This document shows positions 31,262 to 41,073 of a stretch of DNA of 64,000 nt, piece after piece; the stretch's first letter is position 1, and the number at the start of each line of letters is the position of its first letter. The notes below the pieces were generated by a model, which did no database searches, was not told where the DNA came from, and saw only the letters and a list, made by a program, of their open reading frames with translations. The position numbers and the translations under genes were made by a program. Source of the stretch: Ignisphaera sp. (lineage in GTDB: Archaea; Thermoproteota; Thermoprotei_A; Sulfolobales; Ignisphaeraceae); contig JAWAHS010000002.1 of assembly GCA_038889075.1 (NCBI GenBank), positions 204,930 to 268,929 of the forward strand, in the 5' to 3' direction.

Positions 31262-32296
31262 GTGATGTTTTTGAAATATGTATCCTCCTCTATATGCGGT
31301 ATTAAGGTGTCCACAATATCGCTTGGTACATGGTATCTCCCTAGATTGAATGAAAAGGACGAATACGGTATCTATAAAATTGATGTTGATGAGACTAAGA
31401 GAGTTTTTAGATATGCATATGATGTTGGTATAAACTTTATAGATACTGCTAATAGATACCACGGTGCCGTATCTCCCGTTCCCTTAACACACGTAGGTTA
31501 TGCCGAGAAGCTCATCGGTAGAATCCTATCTGAATTGGGATTGGAGAGAGAATCAATTGTTATAGCCACTAAGGTTGCTGGGGAAATGGCCAGCTGGCCA
31601 AATGCTTCTGGTCTTAGTAGAAAACACATTATGTGGCAAGTTAGAGAAAGTTTGAAAAGACTACAAGTAGAGTACATTGATGTATACTATGCACATAGAT
31701 TTGATCCAGAGGTTCCTAAAAGGGAGACCATATCAACCTTTAATGATCTTATTAGACTCGGCTACATAAGATATATAGGTATGAGTAATATTCCTGCGCA
31801 CGAGCTCGTGGAATACCAGATGATCGCAGATAGATATGGTTATGAACCTATTGCATTTCTTCAATATAAATACAACTGGATTGAAAGAGATATAGAGAGA
31901 GATATAATACCCATCGCAAGGAGATTTGGAATGTTTCTCACAGTATACTCTCCACTTGCACAAGGTCTGTTAACCGGGAAATATATAGATGCTTCAAAGA
32001 AGCAATGGATCATACCACCTATGTCGAGAGGGGAAATTTCTGAAGGGTTGAGGAAGATGTTCACAGATGAAAATCTAAAAAGGATAGCACTATTTATAGA
32101 GTTTGCAAAGAGCAAAGATATAACACCGACTCAACTGGCGCTGGCATGGATACTACATAGATCCAACTACTTAGGTGTACCAATAATACCGATTATAAGT
32201 GTCTCAAATGTTAAACAGCTAGAGGAAATAGTGATTTCCCTAGATGTTAAGCTGAGTAGCGATGATATGAAGCATCTTGATGATATTGCTAAATAG
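31262..32296 (+). CDS. Aldo/keto reductase
   Basis: DTANRY, ATK, ESLKRL...IDVYYAH, IGMSN, YSPLAQGLLTGKY. Confidence 0.92.
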   Translation: MMFLKYVSSSICGIKVSTISLGTWYLPRLNEKDEYGIYKIDVDETKRVFRYAYDVGINFIDTANRYHGAVSPVPLTHVGYAEKLIGRILSELGLERESIVIATKVAGEMASWPNASGLSRKHIMWQVRESLKRLQVEYIDVYYAHRFDPEVPKRETISTFNDLIRLGYIRYIGMSNIPAHELVEYQMIADRYGYEPIAFLQYKYNWIERDIERDIIPIARRFGMFLTVYSPLAQGLLTGKYIDASKKQWIIPPMSRGEISEGLRKMFTDENLKRIALFIEFAKSKDITPTQLALAWILHRSNYLGVPIIPIISVSNVKQLEEIVISLDVKLSSDDMKHLDDIAK

Positions 32297-32377
32297 AATA
32301 AGTACAGTTTAACACGTAACTATGGTACAGCTTTTTAGTATCCTAAGATAGCAGTAGAGATATGAAGATGGTTAAGG

Positions 32378-33220
32378 ATGGTAAAGCCATCGAAGATGTT
32401 TGTGGTAATTATTTCGTTAAGTATAGTTGGAGGTATCTTTAAGATTTTAGGAGGCTTCGTGGGTGGATCTAAATCTGTATTTGTAGATGCTCTTACATCT
32501 ATTGCAAATACCCTAGCCATCATAATAATGTATAGGTTCTTTAGTACAAGTGTAGAGCCTCCTGATGAAGATCACCACTATGGTCACCATAGGATAGGGT
32601 TGGGAGGTCCTATATCAACGCTGATGTTGTATTCATTTGTAGGTGGGGTTATAGTTGTTGATCTGTATGAGACTTTTGGTAGCTCGTATACGGTAAGTCT
32701 CTTAGCCCCTATATTTGCATTTGCAGGTCTCTTGCCATATACTATAGCTATAGTCCTAGCAAAGCACATTGGTGGTACAACCATATACTATGCAAAATTT
32801 ACAGTTGTTGAAATAATTGAAAGTCTTGTTACAGTAGCAGCCGCATTTGCAGGTGCTCTGGTAAGCTACTTAATAGACTTCATAGGTGCCATAACACTGT
32901 CATGTTATCTATTCATAGAACTTACGAAAAGCTTTAGAGAAATTTTAGAGTTTGTAAGCGATGCTGCGCCAAAGGAGATTATCAAAGATCTAAAGAATAT
33001 TATAGGTAACTACGGAATCTCTGTTGAGAGAATTAGAGTTAGAAGGGTTGCTGAAAATCTCCACCAGGGAGATATTGTGGTGAAGTTGCCATCCAGTATA
33101 AGTGTTGAGAAGGCACATCAAATAATAGATTCTATAGAAAGAGATGTGAGGGATAAACTCAATACAGAGATTATAATACATGTTGAACCTGAGGGTAAGA
33201 GTAGAAGACCAGAAGATTAA
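32378..33220 (+). CDS. Cation diffusion facilitator (CDF) transporter
   Basis: PPDEDHHYGH motif, TM helices, C-terminal AHQI.D.IE...IHVEP dimerisation domain. Confidence 0.88.
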   Translation: MVKPSKMFVVIISLSIVGGIFKILGGFVGGSKSVFVDALTSIANTLAIIIMYRFFSTSVEPPDEDHHYGHHRIGLGGPISTLMLYSFVGGVIVVDLYETFGSSYTVSLLAPIFAFAGLLPYTIAIVLAKHIGGTTIYYAKFTVVEIIESLVTVAAAFAGALVSYLIDFIGAITLSCYLFIELTKSFREILEFVSDAAPKEIIKDLKNIIGNYGISVERIRVRRVAENLHQGDIVVKLPSSISVEKAHQIIDSIERDVRDKLNTEIIIHVEPEGKSRRPED

Positions 33221-33263
33221 CTCCACATACAATAGTATATAATTCAGTGCAAATTGGAAAATA

Positions 33264-33908
33264 TCATCTTCTTTGCCTAAGTTTTATCCAAGGACGATAG
33301 CATATTGCACTCCACACCTCTTTAATTTTACGATGATTAGTTTTATCCAATACTGTATCTAGAAACTGTTTTACAGAGTTATTAGAACTCTTTATGTAAA
33401 TGATCTCATCCTCATAGGCACAGGTAAGCTCCTCTATGATTTTACGAACATTAATATCAATTTTTTCTAACAATATTCCAGTATAGTTAAGCTCCTCTAG
33501 CATTTTCCTAGATGCTATATTGTTTAATCGGGTTGTTGCTACATAGAATCCTACACCCCGCATATTCATCAGTTCCTCTATAGATGCTACAATAGCTTTA
33601 CCAATACCATACCCTCTAAAGCGTCTCTCTACAGCAACATAGTATACTACCCCTATTGATATAGGTTTTACATCTATGACATAGAATACCCCTACACCAA
33701 CAACATCATTATCATTTCTACATCTTACTGCACTACATTTACCTAACTCTATACATATAGAAGCATAATATGCGTGAAATTGCGATAGAGAGTCTCCCAC
33801 AATTTGCTTAACATCATCTATACACTCTATACTGCATTCCTCTATAATCATTGTTACACCTATACGATCTAATATTTTCACCCATCTCTCTCCTATATAA
33901 ACTTCCAC
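33264..33908 (-). CDS. GNAT-family acetyltransferase
   Basis: YVAVERRFRGYGIGKAI acetyl-CoA motif A; N.ASR motif B. Confidence 0.82.
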   Translation of the reverse strand: MEVYIGERWVKILDRIGVTMIIEECSIECIDDVKQIVGDSLSQFHAYYASICIELGKCSAVRCRNDNDVVGVGVFYVIDVKPISIGVVYYVAVERRFRGYGIGKAIVASIEELMNMRGVGFYVATTRLNNIASRKMLEELNYTGILLEKIDINVRKIIEELTCAYEDEIIYIKSSNNSVKQFLDTVLDKTNHRKIKEVWSAICYRPWIKLRQRR

Positions 33909-33964
33909 TCAGTTAAATAATAGCAGGTAATTTTAGAGTGTTACCACTACCAAGGTAAATATGT

Positions 33965-34948
33965 ATGCTCACACAAGCACTGGACGTTGCAGTATCGGTA
34001 TTCGGATCCCTTAGAAGTAAAATAGACGAGGTTTTAGCTATAGATAACGTTGCAAAGGTCAAGAGTCTATGGATTCCATACAAAGGTTCTAGAAATCCCT
34101 ATCTCAGACCGCTTACGATTGCAGCTATAGATAGCGGCTACAACTATAATGAATACAGAGGCTATGCATTGTATGCTATAAATGTTGTTAACGTTATTCT
34201 CGATGTTCTTACAGGTGAAAAGGTAGATGGTTTCGTTGATATAGATGTTGTAAGCTGTAATAATATAGAGAACGAATTATCACTCCTCTCCATCTCTATG
34301 GAGGTAAAATCCATGGTCAAGATTCTAAATAATGCTGATATAATTCTAATGGATGGAAGTCTTATAGCAGTATTCTCGAAGCTTAGAAGAGCCTTGTTAG
34401 AAGACGGCCACGAACTTCTAGAAGCCAAAGGCATAAATCTCTCTCATCTAATTAAGGAATTGATATATGCGATCTCCATATATCCGAAGAAGATAGTATT
34501 CATATCAAAGAACTCCAATGCTAAAGATGTTTTTGGATTTGTAAAGGGAGATATTTACTACTTTGAGAGATACACTAATGGTCTACCGGGGTATTCTAAA
34601 CCAATACCTCTTACACAATCAAAACATCTAGGTATGGCGACGGCAAATAAAGTATTTAGACATACGGTAAAGAATATTGCTGGTACTGATATGTCTATAG
34701 CCGTTACCTATGTAAGATTCGAACCCTTTTCAAGAATATATAGACTTGAGATACCTATAGAATTTGGTGAAGATGCTGATGCTAGAATTAGATATATTAT
34801 AGACATTGTATCGGATTTTATCATATCCGGTTATCCGTATCCACTAATGAGAGCTGATCAGATCGCAAGAGTAGGACTTGATGATATCAACAGAATAGCA
34901 GGAATACTTGGAATCTCTTATGATCCGAGAGCTAGGGAACCTCTATAG
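33965..34948 (+). CDS. nurA: NurA 5'-3' nuclease
   Basis: AAIDSG, ME, MDGSL, ISKNS, GYPYPL..AD..ARV. Confidence 0.88.
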   Translation: MLTQALDVAVSVFGSLRSKIDEVLAIDNVAKVKSLWIPYKGSRNPYLRPLTIAAIDSGYNYNEYRGYALYAINVVNVILDVLTGEKVDGFVDIDVVSCNNIENELSLLSISMEVKSMVKILNNADIILMDGSLIAVFSKLRRALLEDGHELLEAKGINLSHLIKELIYAISIYPKKIVFISKNSNAKDVFGFVKGDIYYFERYTNGLPGYSKPIPLTQSKHLGMATANKVFRHTVKNIAGTDMSIAVTYVRFEPFSRIYRLEIPIEFGEDADARIRYIIDIVSDFIISGYPYPLMRADQIARVGLDDINRIAGILGISYDPRAREPL

Positions 34949-34961
34949 AGTTGATGCAGAA

Positions 34962-36464
34962 ATGTCTGTTTTCCAAACAGGAAGCACTGAGACACTGAAT
35001 CTTCAGCTCGATGTAGTTGGCTACATAGTTGGAGAATCAAAGCCCTATAAAGCTGATATTATAGCATTTAGACCGCTTGCAATTGGAGAATACCTCTACA
35101 TGGAGTACTACAACTATAGAGTTCTAGCAATGGTTAGTACATCGATAACAGGCAGTTCTGTAATAACGGATAGCCTTATTGATCCGAGAGATATCGAACG
35201 GCTTATTAAGACCATTAGGTATGGTGAAAGAATTTACTACTATAGAGGTACGATAAAAATTCTGGGAAGTATCGACGGTTCTAATTCCAAACTATACATG
35301 CCTCCTATACCTCCTCCACCGGGCACGGAGGTGTACAAGGCACCAAAATCGGTGTTAGCAAGGGTTTTTAGCCCAGGTGGAAGAGAGTTTGTCAGGGTGG
35401 GTACACTACTAAGAGAATTAGATGTGGAGGTAAGGGTAAACATCAATAAGATTGTTTCTAAACATCTTGGAGTACTTGCTATGACAGGAATGGGTAAAAG
35501 TAATCTAGTAGCTCTTATTGCTAAAAAGATAGCTGAACTTGGTGGTACAATAGTAATTTTCGATTACCATGGGGAGTACTCATCTATGAAACTAGTAGAT
35601 ACGATTGTAAATGTTATTAGACCAAAGATAAATCCGCTGAGCCTAGATTTGGAGGAGATGTCGAGACTTCTAAATATACCTAAAAATGCAACTAGGCAGA
35701 GAATGGCTTTAAGAGAGTGTCTTGAAAATACAGATGATGGTGAATTTTTTGCAAAGCTTAGAAAATGTTTGCAGAGTAGAATAGGTAGATATGGTGTATC
35801 TGCTCAGAAGGTTTTAGATGCTGTAATGGCATATGAAGGTTTTTTAAAGAAGATTGTAGATGAAAAAATGGAGGATGTTATAAATAGTATTATTCTCGGT
35901 GCTATAAATATTGTTGATCTAAGTGATTTGCATTTAAATCAAGCTGATGCAATAGTTTCTCACTGGCTTAATAGGATTTTAGAGGCTAGAAAGATATGTG
36001 TATGGAGTAGGGGTTCCCATGGGATACCCTCACCTCTCGCCTTGGTCATTGAAGAAGCACATGTATTCATATCTGCCGACTCTGATACTGCTACGAGAAG
36101 GAGTGCAGAGTCCATTGTGAGAGAGGGTAGAAAATTTGGTATAGGTCTTGTAATAGTTTCACAAAGACCCAGAGGCTTAGATCCAACCATACTAAGCCAG
36201 TTAGGCAATCTAGCAATTTTGAGAATCGTCCATCCAGAGGATCAACAGTATGTTGCTAAACACTGTGAACCTATAACCCAGGATATTGTTGAAGAGCTTC
36301 CAGGTCTCAATATCGGTGAAGCTATACTTCTCGGTGAATGGGTTTCTGTTCCCACAATAGTCAAAATAGATCTTGTAAAGGAAAAATTATCTGGTGGGGA
36401 TATAGATGCAGTCTCCCACTGGAGTAAGATATATTCAACTAGAACTGGAAATCTTGATATGTAA
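34962..36464 (+). CDS. herA: HerA bipolar helicase/ATPase
   Basis: N-terminal HAS barrel, [42 protein letters not shown] 34962 preferred over TTG 34908. Confidence 0.92.
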   Translation: MSVFQTGSTETLNLQLDVVGYIVGESKPYKADIIAFRPLAIGEYLYMEYYNYRVLAMVSTSITGSSVITDSLIDPRDIERLIKTIRYGERIYYYRGTIKILGSIDGSNSKLYMPPIPPPPGTEVYKAPKSVLARVFSPGGREFVRVGTLLRELDVEVRVNINKIVSKHLGVLAMTGMGKSNLVALIAKKIAELGGTIVIFDYHGEYSSMKLVDTIVNVIRPKINPLSLDLEEMSRLLNIPKNATRQRMALRECLENTDDGEFFAKLRKCLQSRIGRYGVSAQKVLDAVMAYEGFLKKIVDEKMEDVINSIILGAINIVDLSDLHLNQADAIVSHWLNRILEARKICVWSRGSHGIPSPLALVIEEAHVFISADSDTATRRSAESIVREGRKFGIGLVIVSQRPRGLDPTILSQLGNLAILRIVHPEDQQYVAKHCEPITQDIVEELPGLNIGEAILLGEWVSVPTIVKIDLVKEKLSGGDIDAVSHWSKIYSTRTGNLDM

Positions 36465-37050
36465 GCTTCTTTTTACTCTTTAGAAAGTCGACTGTTTCTA
36501 ATTCCTCACTAAGTATTTCCTCCTCAACCTTAATCTCTCTCAGACAGCCTAATTCCTTTAGCTTTAGAAATACATTTCTAACTGATAGGAAGACCTCATC
36601 CTCACTTTTAGCTCCTGTTATGACCATCTTACCACTACTGAATATTAGTAAAACCACATGCGGATCTGTCAGTCTATATATTAATCCTGGGAATTGCTCT
36701 GGTTCGTACATGGTGTTCTCCAGGAGAAATGCAACTTTTTCGAGCATTATCTCAGCACCAAGATTTGCAGATGCTACAATATTCTGTATCTGTATTCTTG
36801 GTTTAGATGTTATAGGCACATCGTATTTTATCAACATTCTCACAATCTTTTTAACAGCCTTTATAAGATCTGGAGTACTTTTAGCTCCTGTTACAACCAT
36901 TCTACCCGATCTGAATACTAGTGCTGTAACCTTTGGATTGTCTAGCCTTAGTACGAGGCCGGGGAATTGATCAGGATCGTATTCGACATTTGGCAATACC
37001 TTATCTAGATAGTCCAGATCTATATTCTGTTCTATGGATACCGTGGCCAC
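36439..37050 (-). CDS. tbp: TATA-box binding protein (true start probably upstream of 37050)
   Basis: Two TBP repeats (YDPDQFPGL...[13 protein letters not shown]; NIVASA...YEPEQFPGL...[13 protein letters not shown]) and an acidic tail. The conserved VKVENI precedes the GTG in frame. Confidence 0.97.
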   Translation of the reverse strand: MATVSIEQNIDLDYLDKVLPNVEYDPDQFPGLVLRLDNPKVTALVFRSGRMVVTGAKSTPDLIKAVKKIVRMLIKYDVPITSKPRIQIQNIVASANLGAEIMLEKVAFLLENTMYEPEQFPGLIYRLTDPHVVLLIFSSGKMVITGAKSEDEVFLSVRNVFLKLKELGCLREIKVEEEILSEELETVDFLKSKKKLTYQDFQF

Positions 37051-37239
37051 TATGTTTTCAACTTTTACTCCTATGTATGGATTGTTTAACTCAGCTAGAT
37101 ACTTTTTGTAAAATGCTTTGTAGTAGGAATCAAGTGATTGAATAGTCCCACACTCTTATTTAAATCTCTACACGGTTTATAAAGGTATATTTAAGCCTAT
37201 TTATAAGCTCTATTTATATCAACTATGTAAATCCTCTTT

Positions 37240-38001
37240 CTACAAGAGTGCAAGCAGATCCTCTATAGCCGATAGCTTTGGAAGCTCATAAACTCCATCG
37301 TTTTCAACTATAGCATAGGGTTTTGCATCAGCTAATAGAGCTCTGTTTTTTAGAATTGGCGAAAGATACCCTTCAGGGGAGGTTGTTACAGGTGTACCAC
37401 TCTGATAAAGCCCTGCTGCAGGCAGTACCATAGCTTTTATACCATTCTTTAACGGTGTTAATAGATAGCATGGAAACTTTGTGCTATAAGTAGTAACCGG
37501 ATCTCTCAGTGAGATACTCGGATGCTCGTGTGCCATAATGAGAAGCTCTATATCCTTTTCCTCCAAAACATCCTTATGACCATGAATTAACAGTATATTC
37601 TCTATCTTAAGCTTCTCATGAACTTCAATACCATATCTCTTAGAAATAGAGTATACAAATGTATCATGATTTCCTCTAATAAGTGCTACCTTAGAAAATC
37701 TCTTTGTAGTATATGTAAAGAATTCTCCTAGATCTCTAGACTCTTTCCTTCCAAGTCTATCAAATAGATGCTTCACATCTCCTACAATTATGAGGGTATC
37801 TGCTTTAACTGTATTGAGACATCTCTCTATGTATTCCAAAACTTTTCTTAGTTGCATTCTAGGTAGATATATACCTTTCTCAGCCATATATTCTTCAAAC
37901 CCTAGGTGGATATCGGCAATAGCAATGGCTCTAAACTTCTCTAGATATACAGCAGGTATATCACTAATGGCGAAGATACCTGGATAAAGTTCGTAGAGCA
38001 T
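37240..38001 (-). CDS. Calcineurin-like metallophosphoesterase (SbcD/Mre11-related, MPE type)
   Basis: DIHLG, GDVKH, RGNHD, HGH, HEHP, LPA. Confidence 0.88.
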   Translation of the reverse strand: MLYELYPGIFAISDIPAVYLEKFRAIAIADIHLGFEEYMAEKGIYLPRMQLRKVLEYIERCLNTVKADTLIIVGDVKHLFDRLGRKESRDLGEFFTYTTKRFSKVALIRGNHDTFVYSISKRYGIEVHEKLKIENILLIHGHKDVLEEKDIELLIMAHEHPSISLRDPVTTYSTKFPCYLLTPLKNGIKAMVLPAAGLYQSGTPVTTSPEGYLSPILKNRALLADAKPYAIVENDGVYELPKLSAIEDLLALL

Positions 38002-38097
38002 CTCAAAACACTTCTACTTATAGTAGAAACTCTATAGAGATTTTAAAATTGTAATGTTTATGAAAATAATATCTGCTGTACACCATTAGAGTCAAAA

Positions 38098-38781
38098 TTA
38101 CTCCACTGGTATACCATAAATGGCCAGGGCATATCTATATTCAATGAAAATTCTTTTTTCATTGTCAACCTCAGCAACTATACCCCGTTCATCAAAATCC
38201 AGTATCTTCATCTTTTTTCCAATATCTATTCCAAGATCATAGATATCTGCAACAACCTCACCACCAGCTGTACACAGTATCCTAGCTATTCTAACAGTCG
38301 AACCTGGTTGGAATTTCGTTAAGGGTTTTGCTTCAAGGGCTTCAGTAGATAGTGGTGCACCTGGAATTGGATTCCCATGCGGGCATGTGGATGGTTTCCC
38401 CAGAAACTCATACAACCTTTCAAAAAATTCCTCTGGAAGATGTTCCATCATGTGAGCGTACCTATGTGCCTTCACCGAATCCATATTCAAAAACTTGACT
38501 AAAAAATATTCTGATATTCTGTGTCTTCTAACTATTCTTTCAGCTATTATCCTACCTCTTTCAGATAGCTTAACACCTCTATACGGCTCCCACATAATGA
38601 GATTCCTTTCAGCTAATCTCGAAATCATCTTAGATACTGTAGCAGGCTTTACACCAAGCTCATTAGTTAGTATGGTTGTTCTAGCTTCACCGAAGAGTTC
38701 CTCAAGTCTATATATAGCCATTAAATAATCTTCTAAAGCTCTCATACTTTTATCAATACTGCTTCTCACTATCACTTTCAA
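38098..38781 (-). CDS. dtxR: DtxR/MntR-family metal-dependent repressor with C-terminal FeoA-like domain
   Basis: EDYLMAIY, HTH, RRHRISE.FL, AH.MEH, CPHGNPIP, SH3/FeoA-like tail. Confidence 0.92.
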   Translation of the reverse strand: MKVIVRSSIDKSMRALEDYLMAIYRLEELFGEARTTILTNELGVKPATVSKMISRLAERNLIMWEPYRGVKLSERGRIIAERIVRRHRISEYFLVKFLNMDSVKAHRYAHMMEHLPEEFFERLYEFLGKPSTCPHGNPIPGAPLSTEALEAKPLTKFQPGSTVRIARILCTAGGEVVADIYDLGIDIGKKMKILDFDERGIVAEVDNEKRIFIEYRYALAIYGIPVE

Positions 38782-38791
38782 TCACATATAA

Positions 38792-38839
38792 TATGTTTAG
38801 ACGTATCTAAGCTTATAAATTTAGATGTATCTAAACATA
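38792..38839. promoter_or_regulatory. Twin DtxR-type operators TTAG-N6-CTAA flanking a bidirectional TATA box
   Basis: TTAGACGTATCTAA (38797-38810) and TTAGATGTATCTAA (38821-38834) surround CTTATAAAT, between the divergent dtxR and feoB genes. Confidence 0.8.
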
Positions 38840-38852
38840 CCTACGGTAAATA

Positions 38853-41024
38853 GTGATGAACAATCGCTGTATCTATTGCCCTGGCTGTAGCTACCCTGCA
38901 TATCATACAAATCTAAATGAAGTTGTAAAAAGGGTCCAGGGGTGTGATATTGTTGTCTCTATTATTGCACAACCGAATATCGGAAAGTCAACGCTATTTA
39001 CTAGAATTACTGGTAAAATTTCTCATGTAGCTAATTTCCCTGGTACAACAGTTGATATTAGAATAGGAGAGATCACCCACAAGGGGAAGAATATATGTTT
39101 TGTAGATCTTCCAGGAATATACGGACTTTCAACTACAAGTATCGATGAAACTATAGCTAGGGAATTTATAGCTAGTGGTATTGCCGATGTACATCTGGTT
39201 CTACTAGATCCTTTAAATCTAGATAGATCCCTCTACCTAGCACTACAAGTTCTAGAAATAACACCTAGGGTTATCATAGCTATAACGAAGTGGGATATTG
39301 TCCACTCAAAAGGAGTACACATACATCTAGAGGGTATACAGAGAGCTCTTGGAGTACCTATAGTTGCAGTTTCAAGTATAACTGGTGAGGGTATTCAAAA
39401 TCTTCTGAACACTATATTAGATGTTATAGATGGACGTTCTATACATAGAGATAAACCTATCGAAATCGACTACGGTGTGTTAGAAACATACATTGGGAGG
39501 ATCAGCTCAATAATTAAGGAGCTAGGTATAGCCAGCGACCCTATCGCTAGATGGCTTGCCATAAGAGCTCTTGAGGATGATACCGTGGTTTTAGGCTATC
39601 TTAAGAGCTTTGATATGCTTTATAGAGCTATTGAATTGAGTAAAGAAGAGATCCGGCTAAAGTTTAATAGAGATAGCAGTGAATTGATTGTTGAAAGGAG
39701 ATACCAACTCTGTGAAGAGATTGCCAAGGCTACAAGTGTTAGAGTAAGCATAGCTGCAAGAACCAACCTTATTGATAAAATATTTCAGCATCCCATAACA
39801 GGATTTACAGCAAGCATCTTAATCCTTTTTGCAACATTCATGGTGGCTTTCATCATAAATACTGGCTTTCCATTAAACATGTTTTTCTCACTAATGGGTT
39901 TTGAAGACATTGCTAAATTGCTTCAGGAATATACTCTAAGCGGTTTAATAGCAAGATTATTTAGTGTGCTATCGCAATTGTTGGAGAGTTACCTACCACA
40001 TGGTACGTTTTTAGTAAGCTTCCTTGTAGATGGTATAATCGCTGGAGTTGGTGCAGTAATAACATTTTTACCACTAGTCTTCCTTGTAATATTTTTACAA
40101 TCAGCTTTAGAAGACTCTGGAATTGGTCCTAGAATGGCCCTAGCACTTCACAGTCTATTTGCAAAATTTGGTCTATCAGGAAGAGCTGTCTATCCAATGC
40201 TTATAGCTGTAGGCTGTAATGTTCCAGCAGTACTTTCCTCTAGAGTTGCCATAGACAGTTCAGAGAGGCTCGAAATTGCTATGAACATTTCATTTATACC
40301 ATGTCAAGCAAGATTACTAGTTCTCCTCGCATTTACATCCGTACTCTTTAGAAATAATCCCCTTCTCCAAGCACTTGCAATTACCACAGTTTATGGTATT
40401 GGAATACTACTCTACCTCACTATGTCAAAGCTTTTTAGAATCGCTGTGTTTAAGAGAAAAGATGATCCAGAACTTTTGCTCGAGATACCTCCCCTACACA
40501 GACCGAGTATAAGGGTTATGATGTGGAATTCGTGGGATTTAACAAAGCACTTCCTTTATAAAGCTGCGGTTGTAATCCTAATACTAAGTATAGTAATGTG
40601 GATGTTGTTAAATTTTGGACCCCAAGGATATACTAACGGAGATATTACCAGAAGTTATGGTGTTTACATTGGTGGATTGATAGCTCCCTTATTCTCATCG
40701 CTATTCAACATTGAGATGGAGGCAGCGTGGAGATTAGGGCTAGCACTTTTTGCAGGCTTTATAGCTAAAGAAGGTCTTATTTCAACATTGGCAGTGATGA
40801 GCAGTGTTGAAGAGAGTAGAGCTATAGAAACGCTGGGACTCACACTTCCTCAAGGATTTTCAATACTACTTCTATTTATGTTTTACATTCCATGTGTAGC
40901 AACCACTGTAGCTATATATAGCGAGACTAAAAGCTATAGATATAGCATATTAGTAGTGCTTTACCTATTTACAACATCTATATTTATTTCACTAATAGCG
41001 TATACAATCATGCATATGGTTTAA
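38853..41024 (+). CDS. feoB: Ferrous iron transporter FeoB
   Basis: G-domain (PNIGKS, NFPGTT, DLPG, TKWD), gate motifs GCNVPA and PCQARL, LLEIPP, AKE, YIPC. Confidence 0.95.
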   Translation: MMNNRCIYCPGCSYPAYHTNLNEVVKRVQGCDIVVSIIAQPNIGKSTLFTRITGKISHVANFPGTTVDIRIGEITHKGKNICFVDLPGIYGLSTTSIDETIAREFIASGIADVHLVLLDPLNLDRSLYLALQVLEITPRVIIAITKWDIVHSKGVHIHLEGIQRALGVPIVAVSSITGEGIQNLLNTILDVIDGRSIHRDKPIEIDYGVLETYIGRISSIIKELGIASDPIARWLAIRALEDDTVVLGYLKSFDMLYRAIELSKEEIRLKFNRDSSELIVERRYQLCEEIAKATSVRVSIAARTNLIDKIFQHPITGFTASILILFATFMVAFIINTGFPLNMFFSLMGFEDIAKLLQEYTLSGLIARLFSVLSQLLESYLPHGTFLVSFLVDGIIAGVGAVITFLPLVFLVIFLQSALEDSGIGPRMALALHSLFAKFGLSGRAVYPMLIAVGCNVPAVLSSRVAIDSSERLEIAMNISFIPCQARLLVLLAFTSVLFRNNPLLQALAITTVYGIGILLYLTMSKLFRIAVFKRKDDPELLLEIPPLHRPSIRVMMWNSWDLTKHFLYKAAVVILILSIVMWMLLNFGPQGYTNGDITRSYGVYIGGLIAPLFSSLFNIEMEAAWRLGLALFAGFIAKEGLISTLAVMSSVEESRAIETLGLTLPQGFSILLLFMFYIPCVATTVAIYSETKSYRYSILVVLYLFTTSIFISLIAYTIMHMV

Positions 41025-41073
41025 AGTATTGGAGTGGCAAATGCTGAAAGATAGGATCTAGGGTAGCTTATAT

